A stretch of 64,000 nucleotides of DNA from the human T2T-CHM13v2.0 reference genome, Homo sapiens: NCBI RefSeq assembly GCF_009914755.1, contig NC_060933.1. One strand, given 5' to 3'. Shown in pieces: positions 12,674 to 24,973 of this stretch (position 1 is the stretch's first letter; each line of letters opens with the position of its first letter). The translations under genes and the position numbers were made by a program. The notes under the pieces were generated by a model. That model was not told the origin of the DNA. It ran no database searches and worked only from the letters and a program-made list of their open reading frames with translations.

Positions 12674-13696
12674 AGGAGCCAAGATGTCCAAATAGGAACA
12701 GCTCCAGTCTACAGCTCCCAGCGTGAGCGACACAGAGGATGGGTGATTTCTGCATTTCCAACTGAGGTACCAGGTTCATCTCAATGGGGAGTGTCGGACA
12801 GAGGGTGCAGGACAGTGGGTGCAGCGCACCGAGCACCAGCCGAAGCAGGGCGAGGCATCGCCTGACCAGGGAAGCACAAGGGGTCAGGGAATTCCCTTTC
12901 CTAGTCAAAGAAAGGGGTGACAGACGGCACCTGGAAAATCGGGTCACTCCCACCCTAATACTGCACTTTTCCAATGGTCAGCAAATGGCACACCAGGAGA
13001 TTATATCCTGCGCCTGGCTCAGAGGGTCCTACGCCCATGGAGCCTTGCTCATTGCTAGCACAGCAGTCTGAGATCATACTGCAAGGTGGCAGCCAGGCTA
13101 GGGGAGGGGGCGCCTGCCATTGCCAAGGCTTGAGTAGGTAAACGAAGCGGACAGGAAGCTCGAACTGGGTGGAGCCCACCGCAGCTCAAGGAGGCCTGCC
13201 TGCCTCTGTAGATTCCACCTCTGGGACAACAAGGCATAGCCAAACAAAAGGCAGCAAAATCTCTGCAGACTTAAATGTCCCTGTCTGACAGCTTTGAAGA
13301 GAGTAGTGGTTCTCCCAGCACACAGCTGGAGCTCTGAGAACAGACAGACTGCCTCCTTAAGTGGGTCCCTGACCCCCGAGTAGCCTAACTGGGAGGCACA
13401 CCCCAGTAGGGGCAGACTGACACCTCACATGCCCAGGTACTCCTCTGAGACAAAACTTCCAGAGGAACGATCAGGCAGCAACATTTGCTGTTCACCAATA
13501 TCCGCTGTTCTGCAGCCTCTGCTGCTGATACCCAGGCAAACAGGGTCTGGAGTGGACCTCCAGCAAACTCCGACAGACCTGCAGCTGAGGGTCCTGACTG
13601 TTAGAAGGAAAACTAACAAAGAGAAAGGACATCCACACCAAAACCCCATCTGTACGTCACCATCATCAAAGACCAAAGGTAGATAAAACCACAAAG
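12674..13696. promoter_or_regulatory. L1 5'UTR bidirectional promoter (sense and antisense); disrupted ORF0 on the minus strand
   Basis: Established property of L1PA 5'UTRs. The ORF0 start MAGAP is at 13120 (-), but its peptide is spread over three frames in the ORF track. Activity is not demonstrable from sequence. Confidence 0.6.
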
Positions 13697-14024
13697 ATGG
13701 GGAAAAAACATAGCAGAAAAACTAGAAACTCTAAAAATCAGAGCGCCTCTCCTCCTCTAAAGGAATGCAGCTCCTCACCAGCAAGGGAACAAAGCTGGAA
13801 GGAGAATGATTTTGACGAGTTGAGAGAAGAAGACTTCAGACAATCAAACTACTCTGAGCTAAAGGAGGAAGTCTGAACCCATGGCAAAGAAGTTAAAAAC
13901 CTTGAAAGAAAATTAGACGAATGGCTAACTAGAATAACCAATGCAGAGAAGTCCTTCAAGGACCTGATGGAGCTGAAAACCATGGCACGAGGACTACGTG
14001 ACGAATGCACAAGCCTCAGTAGCC
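12674..14024 (+). mobile_element. L1PA (PA3-PA5 age): complete 5'UTR plus first ~330 nt of ORF1, 3' part missing
   Basis: Starts aggagccaagatg.ccaaataggaacagctcc. Retains the ~129-bp 5'UTR segment (~13440-13568) absent from L1PA2/L1HS. ORF1 ATG at 13697 (MGKK...), premature TGA at 13874. L1 homology stops at cctcagtagcc. Confidence 0.95.
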
Positions 14025-14550
14025 AGAAAAAAAAAAGGAAACTCATGGCAGTTCAACCTCTAAGGATTGCCATGACTTCAGGAATATTTATTAGAGGCTT
14101 CTTTGGATAATTAAAAATCGAGTCTTTTTGTTTATGAGTCATCAGAAATGAGAAATTATTAGGCTGTCTATGCCATAAAAGATCTTTAGTTTGACCTTGA
14201 AATATAACTTCTTTTACTTAGGGAGGGCAGGAGGCAAATAAGCAGAACTTACTGACCTTAGGAGAGCCTGCCAACTTGCCAGACTGTTAATGTTTACACT
14301 GAGATTAGGTCCCCACTGATGAGCGACACTTGCGAAAAGGCAAGGCTTTCTAACCTCAGCAGCAACACCTGAACAACAGGTCAAGAAAATGCCAAGTGCC
14401 TTAATGTTGCTAAAGGAAGTAGCTATTGTGAAGGCAGAAACTCACTAAGAAATAAAAATAAAAGAAAAAGTGACCTAGAAACTAAGGGAAGTAGAAATGT
14501 CCTAGCTAATCATTATGCCAAACAGATGGTCCTTATAAAATTTTTGCCCC

Positions 14551-14963
<413 letters not shown>

Positions 14964-16189
14964 TTAGGAAAGATCTGATGTTAATTACATGAAGATAATC
15001 TCAGGCTTCCTAGGAGGGTACCTCATAGTGTCAAACGATCTCAAGTGGAAATAAAGTAAAATCCAAATGAGGTAAGTCAAATCCACAAGAACATGTCTCT
15101 AATGTATTTCTCATCTGCCTAAAACAAAATCTTGACAAAACTGTAAAGAAAGGACATGAATGCAGTCAAATCCTTAGGCCTACTTGAATAATTTCAAGTG
15201 AACTTTATATAAAGACTCCCTTTCAATGGAGTATGACTATGTTCTGGTTGAGGCATGTTTGTGTTCAGTGAGGGTCAAATCTTTTCCTTTCTGTAGAGTT
15301 ATAGCTCTGAAGTGGCTAAAAGTAATCACTTTTATGCATGCTTCTTGGGAACCTCCAAACTATCTTTTTATTGCTAGAGATGCTCATTTTACTAAAAGCG
15401 CCATTAAAGAGCTCTACAAGGTACAATAACTTGCTGAGAAACTTCACTATGCATATAATCTAATCTTTGGCAAAGAGGAAGGAAGAAATTAAAATTTCAA
15501 ATTAGCTAAAAATTTGAGACAAACATAAATTTTTTACTCTAAGATCTTTTAACTTTATAATAATACAAAAATCTCTTTTGGAAGTTCATCAATTCTGCTT
15601 TTATAAGTTAGTAATAGGTAGATTCATGTATCTAGGAATATCACCTCTGATCCTAGACCCTGCCCTTTTGTGAGCAAATACAGCCAAATAATGTATACGA
15701 CCCATGCAATACAGAAAATCTTATCAATTTACAGGCAGCCTTTCCTCAAACTCTTTTCAAACAATGTATAAACTAAAACCTGGAGACTTCGTTTACTTGA
15801 AGAAATGTCAGAGAAAAACTTCTATTGAAAAGGGCGTGATCTGGTACTATCAACAAATGGCAACAAAGCCTATAAGCTTATAAGCAGTATAGTAATGTAA
15901 AGCAAAGTAAGAAATGTACACTAACTTTCCCTTACAAAATGCCATTTTAGAATTATATAGTGTTCTGCTATGTGGCAACAGAAAATAAAACTCTGCTTTC
16001 CTATAAGTGGTTTCTTCATCTGAAGAAGAAATTTTATGCACTAATAAACATTATTAAAATTTATGGTCTGTATTTACAGCATTTATTAAATAACATTTGA
16101 AGGTATATTCGATAAACAAACTATAAAAGCTATATAGTCTTTTAATTGTTTCTTACACATGTTGATAATCTTTCATAAATCACTAAAAC

Positions 16190-16310
16190 AAGATGAAAGG
16201 AAGAAAGGGAGGAAAGAAGGAACAAAGGAGAGAAGAAAGGAAGGAAGGAGAAAGGGAGGGTTAAGAAGGAAAAACGGGAGAAAAAATAAACAGGGAAAGA
16301 AAAAAATAAA
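16190..16310. repeat. GA-rich low-complexity tract
   Basis: Near-pure purine run gaaaggaagaaagggaggaaag... Confidence 0.85.
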
Positions 16311-16372
16311 GTATATTTTTCTGTCTTCTCACTAAGAACTCTAGAGAAAAATGAATACAGAAGACTATCTGA

Positions 16373-16972
16373 TATGGAGATTAAAATATACCACCTCAAT
16401 GTGTCCTTCTTTGGCATATTTTGAGATGACTATTCAGAGGGGCTTCAGACACAGGACTAGCTCTAAAAAGCTATCTTTTTGTAGAAGAAACTTATATCTG
16501 TCTACCTTAGTAAAGCAAGGGATGCAGGAAGAGGGTTTCTCTGAGGTTTCCTTATCCAAATGTAGGAAAGATTAACTCACAGAAAGAGGAGGCTAAATGT
16601 CTGAAACTTTTAAAGTCTCACAGAAGAAATTCTACCCAAGACTTCTAGTTATTCTTTCTGAGGGCTCCAACCTGGGAGACTTCATCTATATAACATAACA
16701 CTATGCATTTTCTCCCCTCACCATCCTGCAACCTGGTCTCCACCTCCCCTCAGCAACTCCAAGCCTCTATTCCTTTCTGTACAGTATAAAAAGTAGTCAT
16801 CTGGCCTTTCTTTGAGGCTCATAATTTGTGTGGCTCTCACGCACATGTGCATGTACTACATTAGCATTCCTTCTCTCTTGTTAATCTGTCTATAGTTGGT
16901 TTGCTTTACAGATTCAATTATCAAACCTTGAGAAAGGGAGAGAAGGAAGGAAAATTCCTTTTGCCCCATACA
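16373..16972 (+). mobile_element. ERV1-class solo LTR (MER34 family-like)
   Basis: Start resembles the MER34 group (aaaatataccacctcaa...ctttggcatattttgag), TATA-like gtataaaaag at ~16784, ends ccccataca. Confidence 0.7.
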
Positions 16973-17049
16973 GGGGGAAACTAAAAAGCATGGTAGGCAA
17001 AGTTTCCAGTACACTCACATCTTGATTGACGTAAAGCTCATCTAAGTGT

Positions 17050-17168
17050 ATAGACCCAGCCTCTAGAGATTATATTTCAACAGGTTGGAAATGGAGCCAG
17101 GAATTTCAAGAAGTTTCCCATAGGATTTTGCTTCAAGCGTTCTGAGGATCTGTCTTTGAAAAACACCT
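17050..17168 (+). mobile_element. hAT-Charlie MER5-like fragment
   Basis: cccagcctctagagattatatttcaacaggttggaaatggagccaggaat...tttgaaaaacac; strand is arbitrary for this semi-palindromic element. Confidence 0.5.
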
Positions 17169-17387
17169 TGATTGTATTAATTTGTGTGGGGGGATGTAGA
17201 GGGGGAGGGAAGTTCAGATTACATCTGGATTATTTTATTCTCTTTTACTGTTGGTGTAAAGATGTCTGCCATTTCACAGGGCCCATATTTTTAATCACAG
17301 GTAATTAAAATTTTTCCAACTATCCTTCCACAAAATGCATTCTTTAAAATATCTATCTATCTATTCCTGCATGCATATGTGTATATA

Positions 17388-17914
17388 TGTAACCAGGGAC
17401 CTCAGTTTTTAAAATCATCCACTTTCTTTTTCTTCTTTCCCTCCTTTTCACCTCTTCATTCCTTCCCTTCTAGGCACCCCCCTCCAGTAACGCATGCTTA
17501 TCTAACTATTATCTTGCTTAAGAAATTTCAGAGGCTAATCTTGAATAAACCAAGCATGGAGCTGTGATTTCAGAATCCTCCCGCTTAAGGCTGAGTCATG
17601 AACAACTAGTCTGCCACCATTGAGCTGAAGTCAAGATAATGCCAAGCACACCTCCAGATGGGTGATTATCCAAATAGCCATCACAACAAGACACACAGAT
17701 CCTGCACCCTGTACCACTACCACATGTTGCCCATGCCAAATTTCCCTTTAAAAATCCTATGGTAAATTTTAAAATTTAAGATGGTACTTTAGATGGTAAT
17801 TGCCATCTTCTTGGTTTTCTAGCTCTCTAAGTAAACCTGCTTTTCCTCCCATCAACCCTCACCTCTTTTGTCTGGCTTTCAAGTGGTGAGCAGCCAGACT
17901 TGGGTCGAGTTATA
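17388..17914 (+). mobile_element. ERV1-class solo LTR (MER87-like)
   Basis: tgtaacc...gagttata termini, agtaaacctgctttt poly(A)-signal region, 3' end gtggtgagcagccagacttgggtcgagtta typical of MER4-group LTRs. Confidence 0.7.
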
Positions 17915-18775
17915 TATGTAAAATTTCAGCCGACAAAGTAAGAGTCACTGCATTACTTATTAAGAAAAATGATTGCAGGATGATAATGTCTATTCATCTC
18001 TGTAGATAGATCTGAGTCTTCTTTTCTTACATTTTCTTCAGTAGACATGTACCCCCTATGGGATTAACATTCTCTTGTGAATTGTAGTAATGGAAGTACT
18101 ACTTTAAAACTTCTTCAGCAGACTAGGTCATTTTCTGCTTTGAAATAACACTAATTTTTTATATAATTTATTAAACATTCCCCAAAATAGCTGGCAATGG
18201 CCATTAACCACTTTTGGTTCAATATTGTATGAGTTATATTTATTTCCAGTAACATCTAAATTGCATGAGGCTAAGGAACCTTAGCACTTGTTGTTACTTA
18301 CTTGGATATATTTTGTATTTTCATTACTCTCAAAGGGGCTATAGAGCCAGACATAAGGTTAAAGAATGGATTATATTGACTCTCCTTCAGAAGAGGCGAC
18401 TTGATTTCTTCATATTCCCTTTTCACTCTTCTACTACCTGTTCACAATTTATTTTCCTAGTTCTCTTTAACTTAAAGAAATAAACAATAACCATCTACAC
18501 TGTTACAAACAACTACTTTTTTTAATTCTCCTCCACTTACCACTTTCAATTCTTACATTATACCATTTAGCAAGTGGATAAAATACAACAGAAAGACTCA
18601 CCTGGTTATTAGTTTACTCTAAAAACTAGAGGATTGAAATTAAGCTCCTGCTATTGAGATGGAGTTTGAAACAGCAAATAGTGACACATGTGTCGAGGGT
18701 ATATTTCAGCCTCACAGATCAATTCTAAAGAGCCAAATTCCCATAAGGATCTTTGTTCAGAGAGCTCCAAGTATT

Positions 18776-19248
18776 TGTTGTTACTCTGCTTTGCATAAGT
18801 TGTAAATCCTTTTTCAGGATAGCCTAAACCTACTTCTATCAAAAAAGACTATCAGTAGGTAGAATTAAAAGTAGCTAAAAAGATGAACAAAACTCTTGCT
18901 TGGGGTTTATTCATACACCGTGATTCACATTCAACATGAAGCAAAGTCCCCATAAAAACTAGGTTCCTGCTCTTACAGAGACTGGGAGATAGTTGGTGCT
19001 ATCGTTCCTGAAGACTGCATTTCTCAGAGATGTTTCCCAGCACATGAAGTGACATTTCTGGGTTCTACAGCTGGCAAGAGACTTTCTAAAAAGGCTTACA
19101 TCAAAAAAAGTTAGAGAAAGAATTTACATTTGTAGTACAAGTTTTCTAAAGTAAAGCTCTAACAAAAGGCAAGTCAAGGCCTTGAGTCAGGAAAAAGCCC
19201 ACCTAAAGTTTGTTCAAACTGAGGAAATCATTAAGGCCATCTTGGTCA
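18776..19248 (-). mobile_element. ERV1-class solo LTR (MER67-like)
   Basis: Reverse complement begins tgaccaagatggccttaatgatttcctcagtttgaacaaactttag...tttactttagaaaacttg. Left boundary approximate. Confidence 0.7.
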
Positions 19249-20329
19249 GCTGGTAACAATTCTCTGTGTTTCTAGTATAGGAAATTGTTGGGATATGATA
19301 AAACTTGTAAATGTGATGGCAATGAATGTTCAACTCCATGATCTCTTTACATACTGTCTTAAGCAGAAGTGATTTCAGAATCAGATTATTCATAACGACA
19401 AGACCCAATAAGAACAAATAAATCAGAATCTGGAATTATTTTACTTTTTTTGAGTAAAGGAAATACAAAGAAGCTAATATTTGAGCTTTCTTTTCTAAAA
19501 TAAACTTCCAGGCTGTCCTGAGGCCAGCTATTTAAAATATCTACATCAAGGGTCTTATGAAATAAAAAAAAAAAGTTATAAAAGGTGACCCTAAGGCACA
19601 ATAATATCTATAGTCATCAAAGAAAAAAACTGCAGTTATTTTCTAGATATTCTACTTTCTGTTGCAGAAAATTGTATAAATTATATTTAGGAGCATTTCT
19701 TCTAAGAATTGAATCATAAAAGTAGCTTAAAGAAATTAAAAAATGTATAATCTGACCATTTTTCTTAAGTAAGGTTTTGCCATATTATTTTAAAAGAAAA
19801 ATCATAACTCTGCTATGTATCTGTTGAATGTAGAAGCTAAACGACGTTCTAGTTCTATTTTATCTTACTTGCACCTCTTTGCAAATGTTTTCACTTCTTG
19901 TAGGAGACAGTTGGTGGACTGTAGTGAGGCCTCTCAAGAAACCAAATCCTCATTAGAAATTGTCTAATTACACAGATTAAAGAGATCAGGAAGGTTTGGT
20001 TGCACCAGAACTGAGAAGACAGAGAAGGAACCATGTTCCTACACATGAGCAGAGTATTTTGCAATCTTTTGCTATAGTAATTACAAGTTTGGAAGACCTG
20101 AGTTCTTTATTCCTGAATAAGCTATTTGGCCTAGGGGGAAAGTTGTGATCTTAAAATGCAATGCTTTAAGTTTCGCCATTAACTTCCTGGAGTCAACTTT
20201 TCTGTTACCCTGCATTTACACACAGGAGTATTCTTATATTCTTGAGTAATATTTTTTCCCAAGGTCTCCAGAAATTCCATTTTTTTTATTCTAAGAAGAT
20301 TTGAGATCAAATATTAAGTAATTTTTTAT

Positions 20330-20475
20330 TTACTTATTATATGTGTTTGGACAAGTCACTTAACCTCCCCAGATTTCAGCTTTCTTGAATATAAAAGGGA
20401 TAATAATTATTAGTATTAATAGAGTTGTTGAGGTTATTAGTAAGATAACGTATGTGAATGTGCCATGTAAGTTGT
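20330..20475 (+). mobile_element. MIR SINE
   Basis: ttggacaagtcacttaacctc...cagctttctt...ataaaagggataataat...agagttgttgagg. Confidence 0.8.
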
Positions 20476-20866
20476 AAAACAGAATTCAAGTATATAAAGA
20501 ATAATTAATTTGATTTGTTTACTTATGATAAAGATGTTTTCTTCAGGGTTACATATTTTTCCTTTAAGCCTTGATGTAGGATAAAGTTTTCTATCCAAAT
20601 TTAATTCCTTCAGAGCCTTGAAGTGCACTTTTTGGGAGGCTATTCCAATGCCAAACTCTCTATTGGGAAATAGAAATACCTAGAACTAAAACATAAATAT
20701 TCTAGGTTCTTGAATTTACTTCTCTCCCACTCCACTCACTTCATTTAAGTTAAATATTTTAAATCTTTCTGCTTTTTCCTAAACTTCCCCTTTATCCTCA
20801 ACTCCTCTTGGGAACTGCCATCTCAGAAATTACAGTACTTTTCTACTTACTTTTTCCACTCCTAGA

Positions 20867-20868
<2 letters not shown>

Positions 20869-20905
<37 letters not shown>

Positions 20906-20914
20906 TGTGTGTGT
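20869..20914. repeat. (TG)n microsatellite
   Basis: About 23 GT units with one interruption. Confidence 0.97.
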
Positions 20915-21350
20915 ATGGAGTGGAGAGGGGGAAATTATGCAGATATTGTCTTGAAAGTGCAATACCTAAGGGGAAAAAGGAGAATTAAAAAACAACTTTA
21001 CAGTCCCTAAATTGATTATCAGAAAATTCAGCAGAGTTTCAATAAATTGTGAAGATCTTATGGCTAAAATGATTATTTATGAAGTAATACAGTATTTTTT
21101 AAGAGGCTGATAAGAAATCTATCCTCTCTCCTTTCTGATGGTAAACAGTTGGAAGGCATAAGGATGCAAAAGGAAGTCTCGTTTTCTGGCTTGACTTTTG
21201 GAGACTCAACTCATTGACCCTTCTTTACTCTTAAATTCCATCCCTTCTAATACTATATTATTAAAGAGAGGTGGACTTAAAATCATAGCCATTTAAAGCT
21301 AAATATCGAAGATCATTTAATGTGAAATTTTATTTCACAGATAAACAAAA

Positions 21351-22125
21351 TGTCTTAATCTATTCCTGCTGCTCTAACAAAATGTCTTAGGCTGGGTAAT
21401 TTATAAGGCTAAGACATTTACTTCTGACAGTTCTGGAGGCTGGGAATTCCAAGATCAAGGTGCTATCATTCAGTGTCTGATGAGGGCCTTCTTGCTGCAT
21501 CCTACAAGGAGAGAAAAATGAAAAGATCAAAGGCGGTGACTGCTATGCCCTCACATGGCAGAAAAGATGAAAGGGCAAAAGAGGAGGGGGTAGCACTCAG
21601 AAGCTCCTTTTACAAAGGGCATTAATCCTATTCACTATGGCAGAGCTCTCATGACCTAATCTCATCTCAGAGGCCCCACCTTCCAATATTATCACCTTGG
21701 TGATTAGCTTTCAACTTATGAATTGTGAAGGGATACATATAAGCATATCTTCTTTATTGTGCTTTTCTTTGTTGTGCTTTGCTTGGTTGTACTTTGCAGA
21801 TATTGTATTTTACACAAATTAAAGTTTTGTGGCAACCTTGTGTTGAGCAAGTCTATTACCACCATTTTTCCAATAACATGTGCTCATTTCATGTCTATAT
21901 CAGTATTTTTTAAGAATAAAGTATTTTTAAATTAAGGCATGTACTTTTTTTTTTTTTAACATGATGCTGTTGCCCACAATATACTACAATAAAATGTAAA
22001 CATAACTTTCATATGCACTGGGAAATCAAAAAAATTTTAACTCACTTTGTTGCAGTATTTGCTTTACTGCTGTAGTCTGGAACCAAAATATCTCTGATGT
22101 ATTACTGCACATTGAAACCACAGCA
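21351..22125 (-). mobile_element. MaLR solo LTR (MST family), split by a Tigger1 derivative
   Basis: tgtcttaatctattcctgctgct...cagttctggaggctgggaattccaagatcaagg...; resumes cattgaaaccacagca at 22110-22125. Perfect 5-bp TSD caaaa (21346-21350, 22126-22130). Confidence 0.88.
21740..22107 (+). mobile_element. Internally deleted Tigger1 DNA transposon
   Basis: Tigger1 left end (ctttgcagatattg...gtggcaaccttgtgttgagcaagtcta) fused to its right end (aataaagtatttttaaattaagg...catatgcactgggaaa...gtctggaacc); ta/ca flanks. Confidence 0.88.
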
Positions 22126-23749
22126 CAAAATGACCACAAACTCTAGTTTATGTAGTATAGCCCAGGTTTAGATCCTGATATAATTATTATTAGCAGCCTT
22201 GTTTATTTTCAAACTTACCCTGGTTTGTATGAAAAATGACATAGTCATTCTGTATGCATGGCAAATAAGATGTAGAAAATTAAGGGGTTTCCTCAATTCT
22301 GAATAATTTATTTAGCTCTGCCTTCAGGCCCAGAATTCAGACCTGCTGATTCTTCCTGGGGTTCTAGTCACTGCACCTGGGTTCTTGCTATAATACTTTA
22401 CCTCTTAAGAAGTCATTGCAATTCATGAACAATTTTTAAACACAGATGGAAAGGCCAAATCCCACCAAAAAAAGTAGACAAATTCTCTCACAATGTTGAC
22501 TGTCTTTTATCTAAAAGCAACTAAAATATTTTCAATTTACATCCTTCTACACTATTGTGTATTATTCTTTTAGGATGATATACTGACAACATCAAACACT
22601 GTGTATTTTTTTTTTTTTTTGTAATATAAGTAAATAAAGTTCGGCTGCTTGGGACTAGGGGCAGCATAATTTCTTTCACCATAAGGAAATCAATCAGTAA
22701 TCAGACAAACAAACCTCACTAGACTCTTTCAGTTACCCAGGAATATGCCAGCTGCAAAATATTTGCAGCCTGCTATTTAGCCCTGGGTAGTAGAAGAAAA
22801 TCATGCTGTTAATGGTTAATTATGTGCTACTGAAAAGAACTGGTACTGAATTCATGTCCTGTACCTTTTAGCTTGAAGGGCTTGAACTTAAAGATTGCCT
22901 CCTGTCAGGGGACCCTCTGGACATGGGGCCCAAGTCTGAATAAAGCCCCATTGTTTCTCTATTTACTTGCTATGTGTCAGGCATTGGGCAATCTGTCATG
23001 CATCTTCTCCATTCAGGCTTTGACTAATGATGTGGGAGGATCACAAAGTCTAATCTGACACAATGGCTATGTAAATGTCACACGGGTCCCTTGTACATTT
23101 GCCCGAGGGCTCTTTGATGGGGTACATTTCAAAAACGATAAAGGTTATAGCACCCTGTGAAGGATTTATGCCATGCAGTCTTACTGGCCATGATTTAGTT
23201 TTGTAGTAGGCATTCCATTTTAAATTTAGGAATTAATCATTTAGCATAGCTAGTTTTATTGGGTACTATAGAATATAAAAGAAAGAATAAGGGATAAGGT
23301 TTCTGTATCTCATTGATTTTGTTAAATGAAAATAATAAATTCTTATATAGTCTCTGATGTAATTCTGGTAAAAGAGATATTAAATATATATTAATCAAAA
23401 ACTGTTTTTGTTTTAGAATGGCCCATGAGGTTTATAATCAAATAACATTGTCAGTTAATCATTAATATAATCCAATACTATGAAATTCTAATTCTAGAAA
23501 TCAAATATAAAATTCTTAGATTAAATACTTAAATAATTTATAGAACATTCTTATGTCAGTGAAGACCCACGTATATACATAAATACATATTATTATTCCC
23601 AAGCCAACACACACAGTAATTATTATCTCCAAACCAATATCTAAACACATTTTTTCGAATAAGAAAGTTATTTTCACCTAATAAACATGAAGAAAACTAA
23701 AGAAGCCCTTAAGATGTGATCATCTATTAAAATCGTTCCTTCATCCTCT

Positions 23750-23822
23750 AAGGTTGCAGTTCTTACCCCTGGCCCATTAGAATTACCAGGACTACTTTTA
23801 TACAATACCAATACCTGAACCT
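23750..23822. mobile_element. MER5-like fragment
   Basis: cagttcttacccctggcccattagaattaccagga. Confidence 0.45.
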
Positions 23823-24110
23823 TACTTTTTTTCGTGGTAGGTAGGAAGTTATTTCTACAGTTGGGAGAAAGCATCATAAAAGCTCATTTTTGAAAGATGC
23901 AAAATGCAGTTCAATTTAAAGATAAAATGCTCATAAGAAAGCAAGGCTGAAAGAATGTTAAGAAGCATGTTACCACAACCTTAGGAATGCAATTATTAGA
24001 CTGGGGGCGGGGGGGGTCTCTCTAGACTCATCACACAAGTTATTAGAGGTGAATTAATACATAATTAACATCATTAGTATTGGGTTTGGCTGAAAGATGC
24101 TGAAATTTGT

Positions 24111-24973
24111 TTTTTTTTTCTTTTTTTTAATTATTATTATACTTTAAGTTTTAGGGTACATGTGCACAATGTGCAGGTTAGTTACATATGTATCACATGT
24201 GCCATGCTGGTGTGCTGCACCCATTAACTCATCATTTAGCATTAGGTATATCTCCTAATGCTATCCCTCCCCCCTCCCCCCACCCCACAACAGTCCCCAG
24301 AGTGTGATGTTCCCCTTCCTGTGTCCATGTGTTCTCATTGTTCACTTCCCATCTATGAGTGAGAACATGGGGTGTTTGGTTTTTTGTCCTTGTGATAGTT
24401 TACTGAGAATGATGATTTCCAATTTCATCCATGTCCCTACAAAGGACGTGAACTCATCATTTTTTATGGCTGCATAGTATTCCATGGTGTATATGTGCCA
24501 CATTTTCTTAATCCAGTCTATCATTGATGGACATTTGGGTTGGTTCCAAGTCTTCGCTATTGTGAATAGTGCCGCAATAAACATACTTGTGCATGTGTCT
24601 TTATAGCAGCACGATTTATAATCCTTTGGGTATATACCCAGTAATGGGATGGCTGGGTCAAATGGTATTTCTAGTTCTAGATCCCTGAGGAATCGCCACA
24701 CTGACTTCCACAATGGTCGAACTAGTTTACAGTCCCACCAACAGTGTAAAAGTGTTCCTATTTCTCCACATCCTCTCCAGCACCTGTTGTTTCCTGACTT
24801 TTTAATGATTGCCATTCTAACTGGTGTGAGATGGTATCTCATTGTGGTTTTGATTTGCATTTCTCTGATGGCCAGTGATGGTGAGCATTTTTTCATGTAT
24901 TTCTTGGCTGCATAAATGTCTTCTTTTGAGAAGTGTCTGTATATTTTTTTCAGCACCACACCACACCTATTCC
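24111..24973 (-). mobile_element. L1PA3-like, 5'-truncated, with a short 5' inversion
   Basis: Poly(T) head, L1PA3-type 3'UTR, intact ORF2 C-terminus (RHFSKEDIY...[18 protein letters not shown]...). Perfect 18-bp TSD aaagatgctgaaatttgt at 24093-24110 and 24974-24991. Confidence 0.97.
24342..24940 (-). pseudogene. L1 ORF2p C-terminal (cysteine-rich domain) fragment, ~198 codons open
   Basis: ORF track 24342..24959 translates as the L1 ORF2p C-terminus; no EN/RT domains and no ATG of its own. Confidence 0.9.

Noticed and set aside
12900-13120. L1 ORF0 as an intact antisense ORF
   Set aside because: The MAGAP start, ISDCCASN middle and IRVGVTRFSRC end fall in three different frames, so it has two frameshifts.
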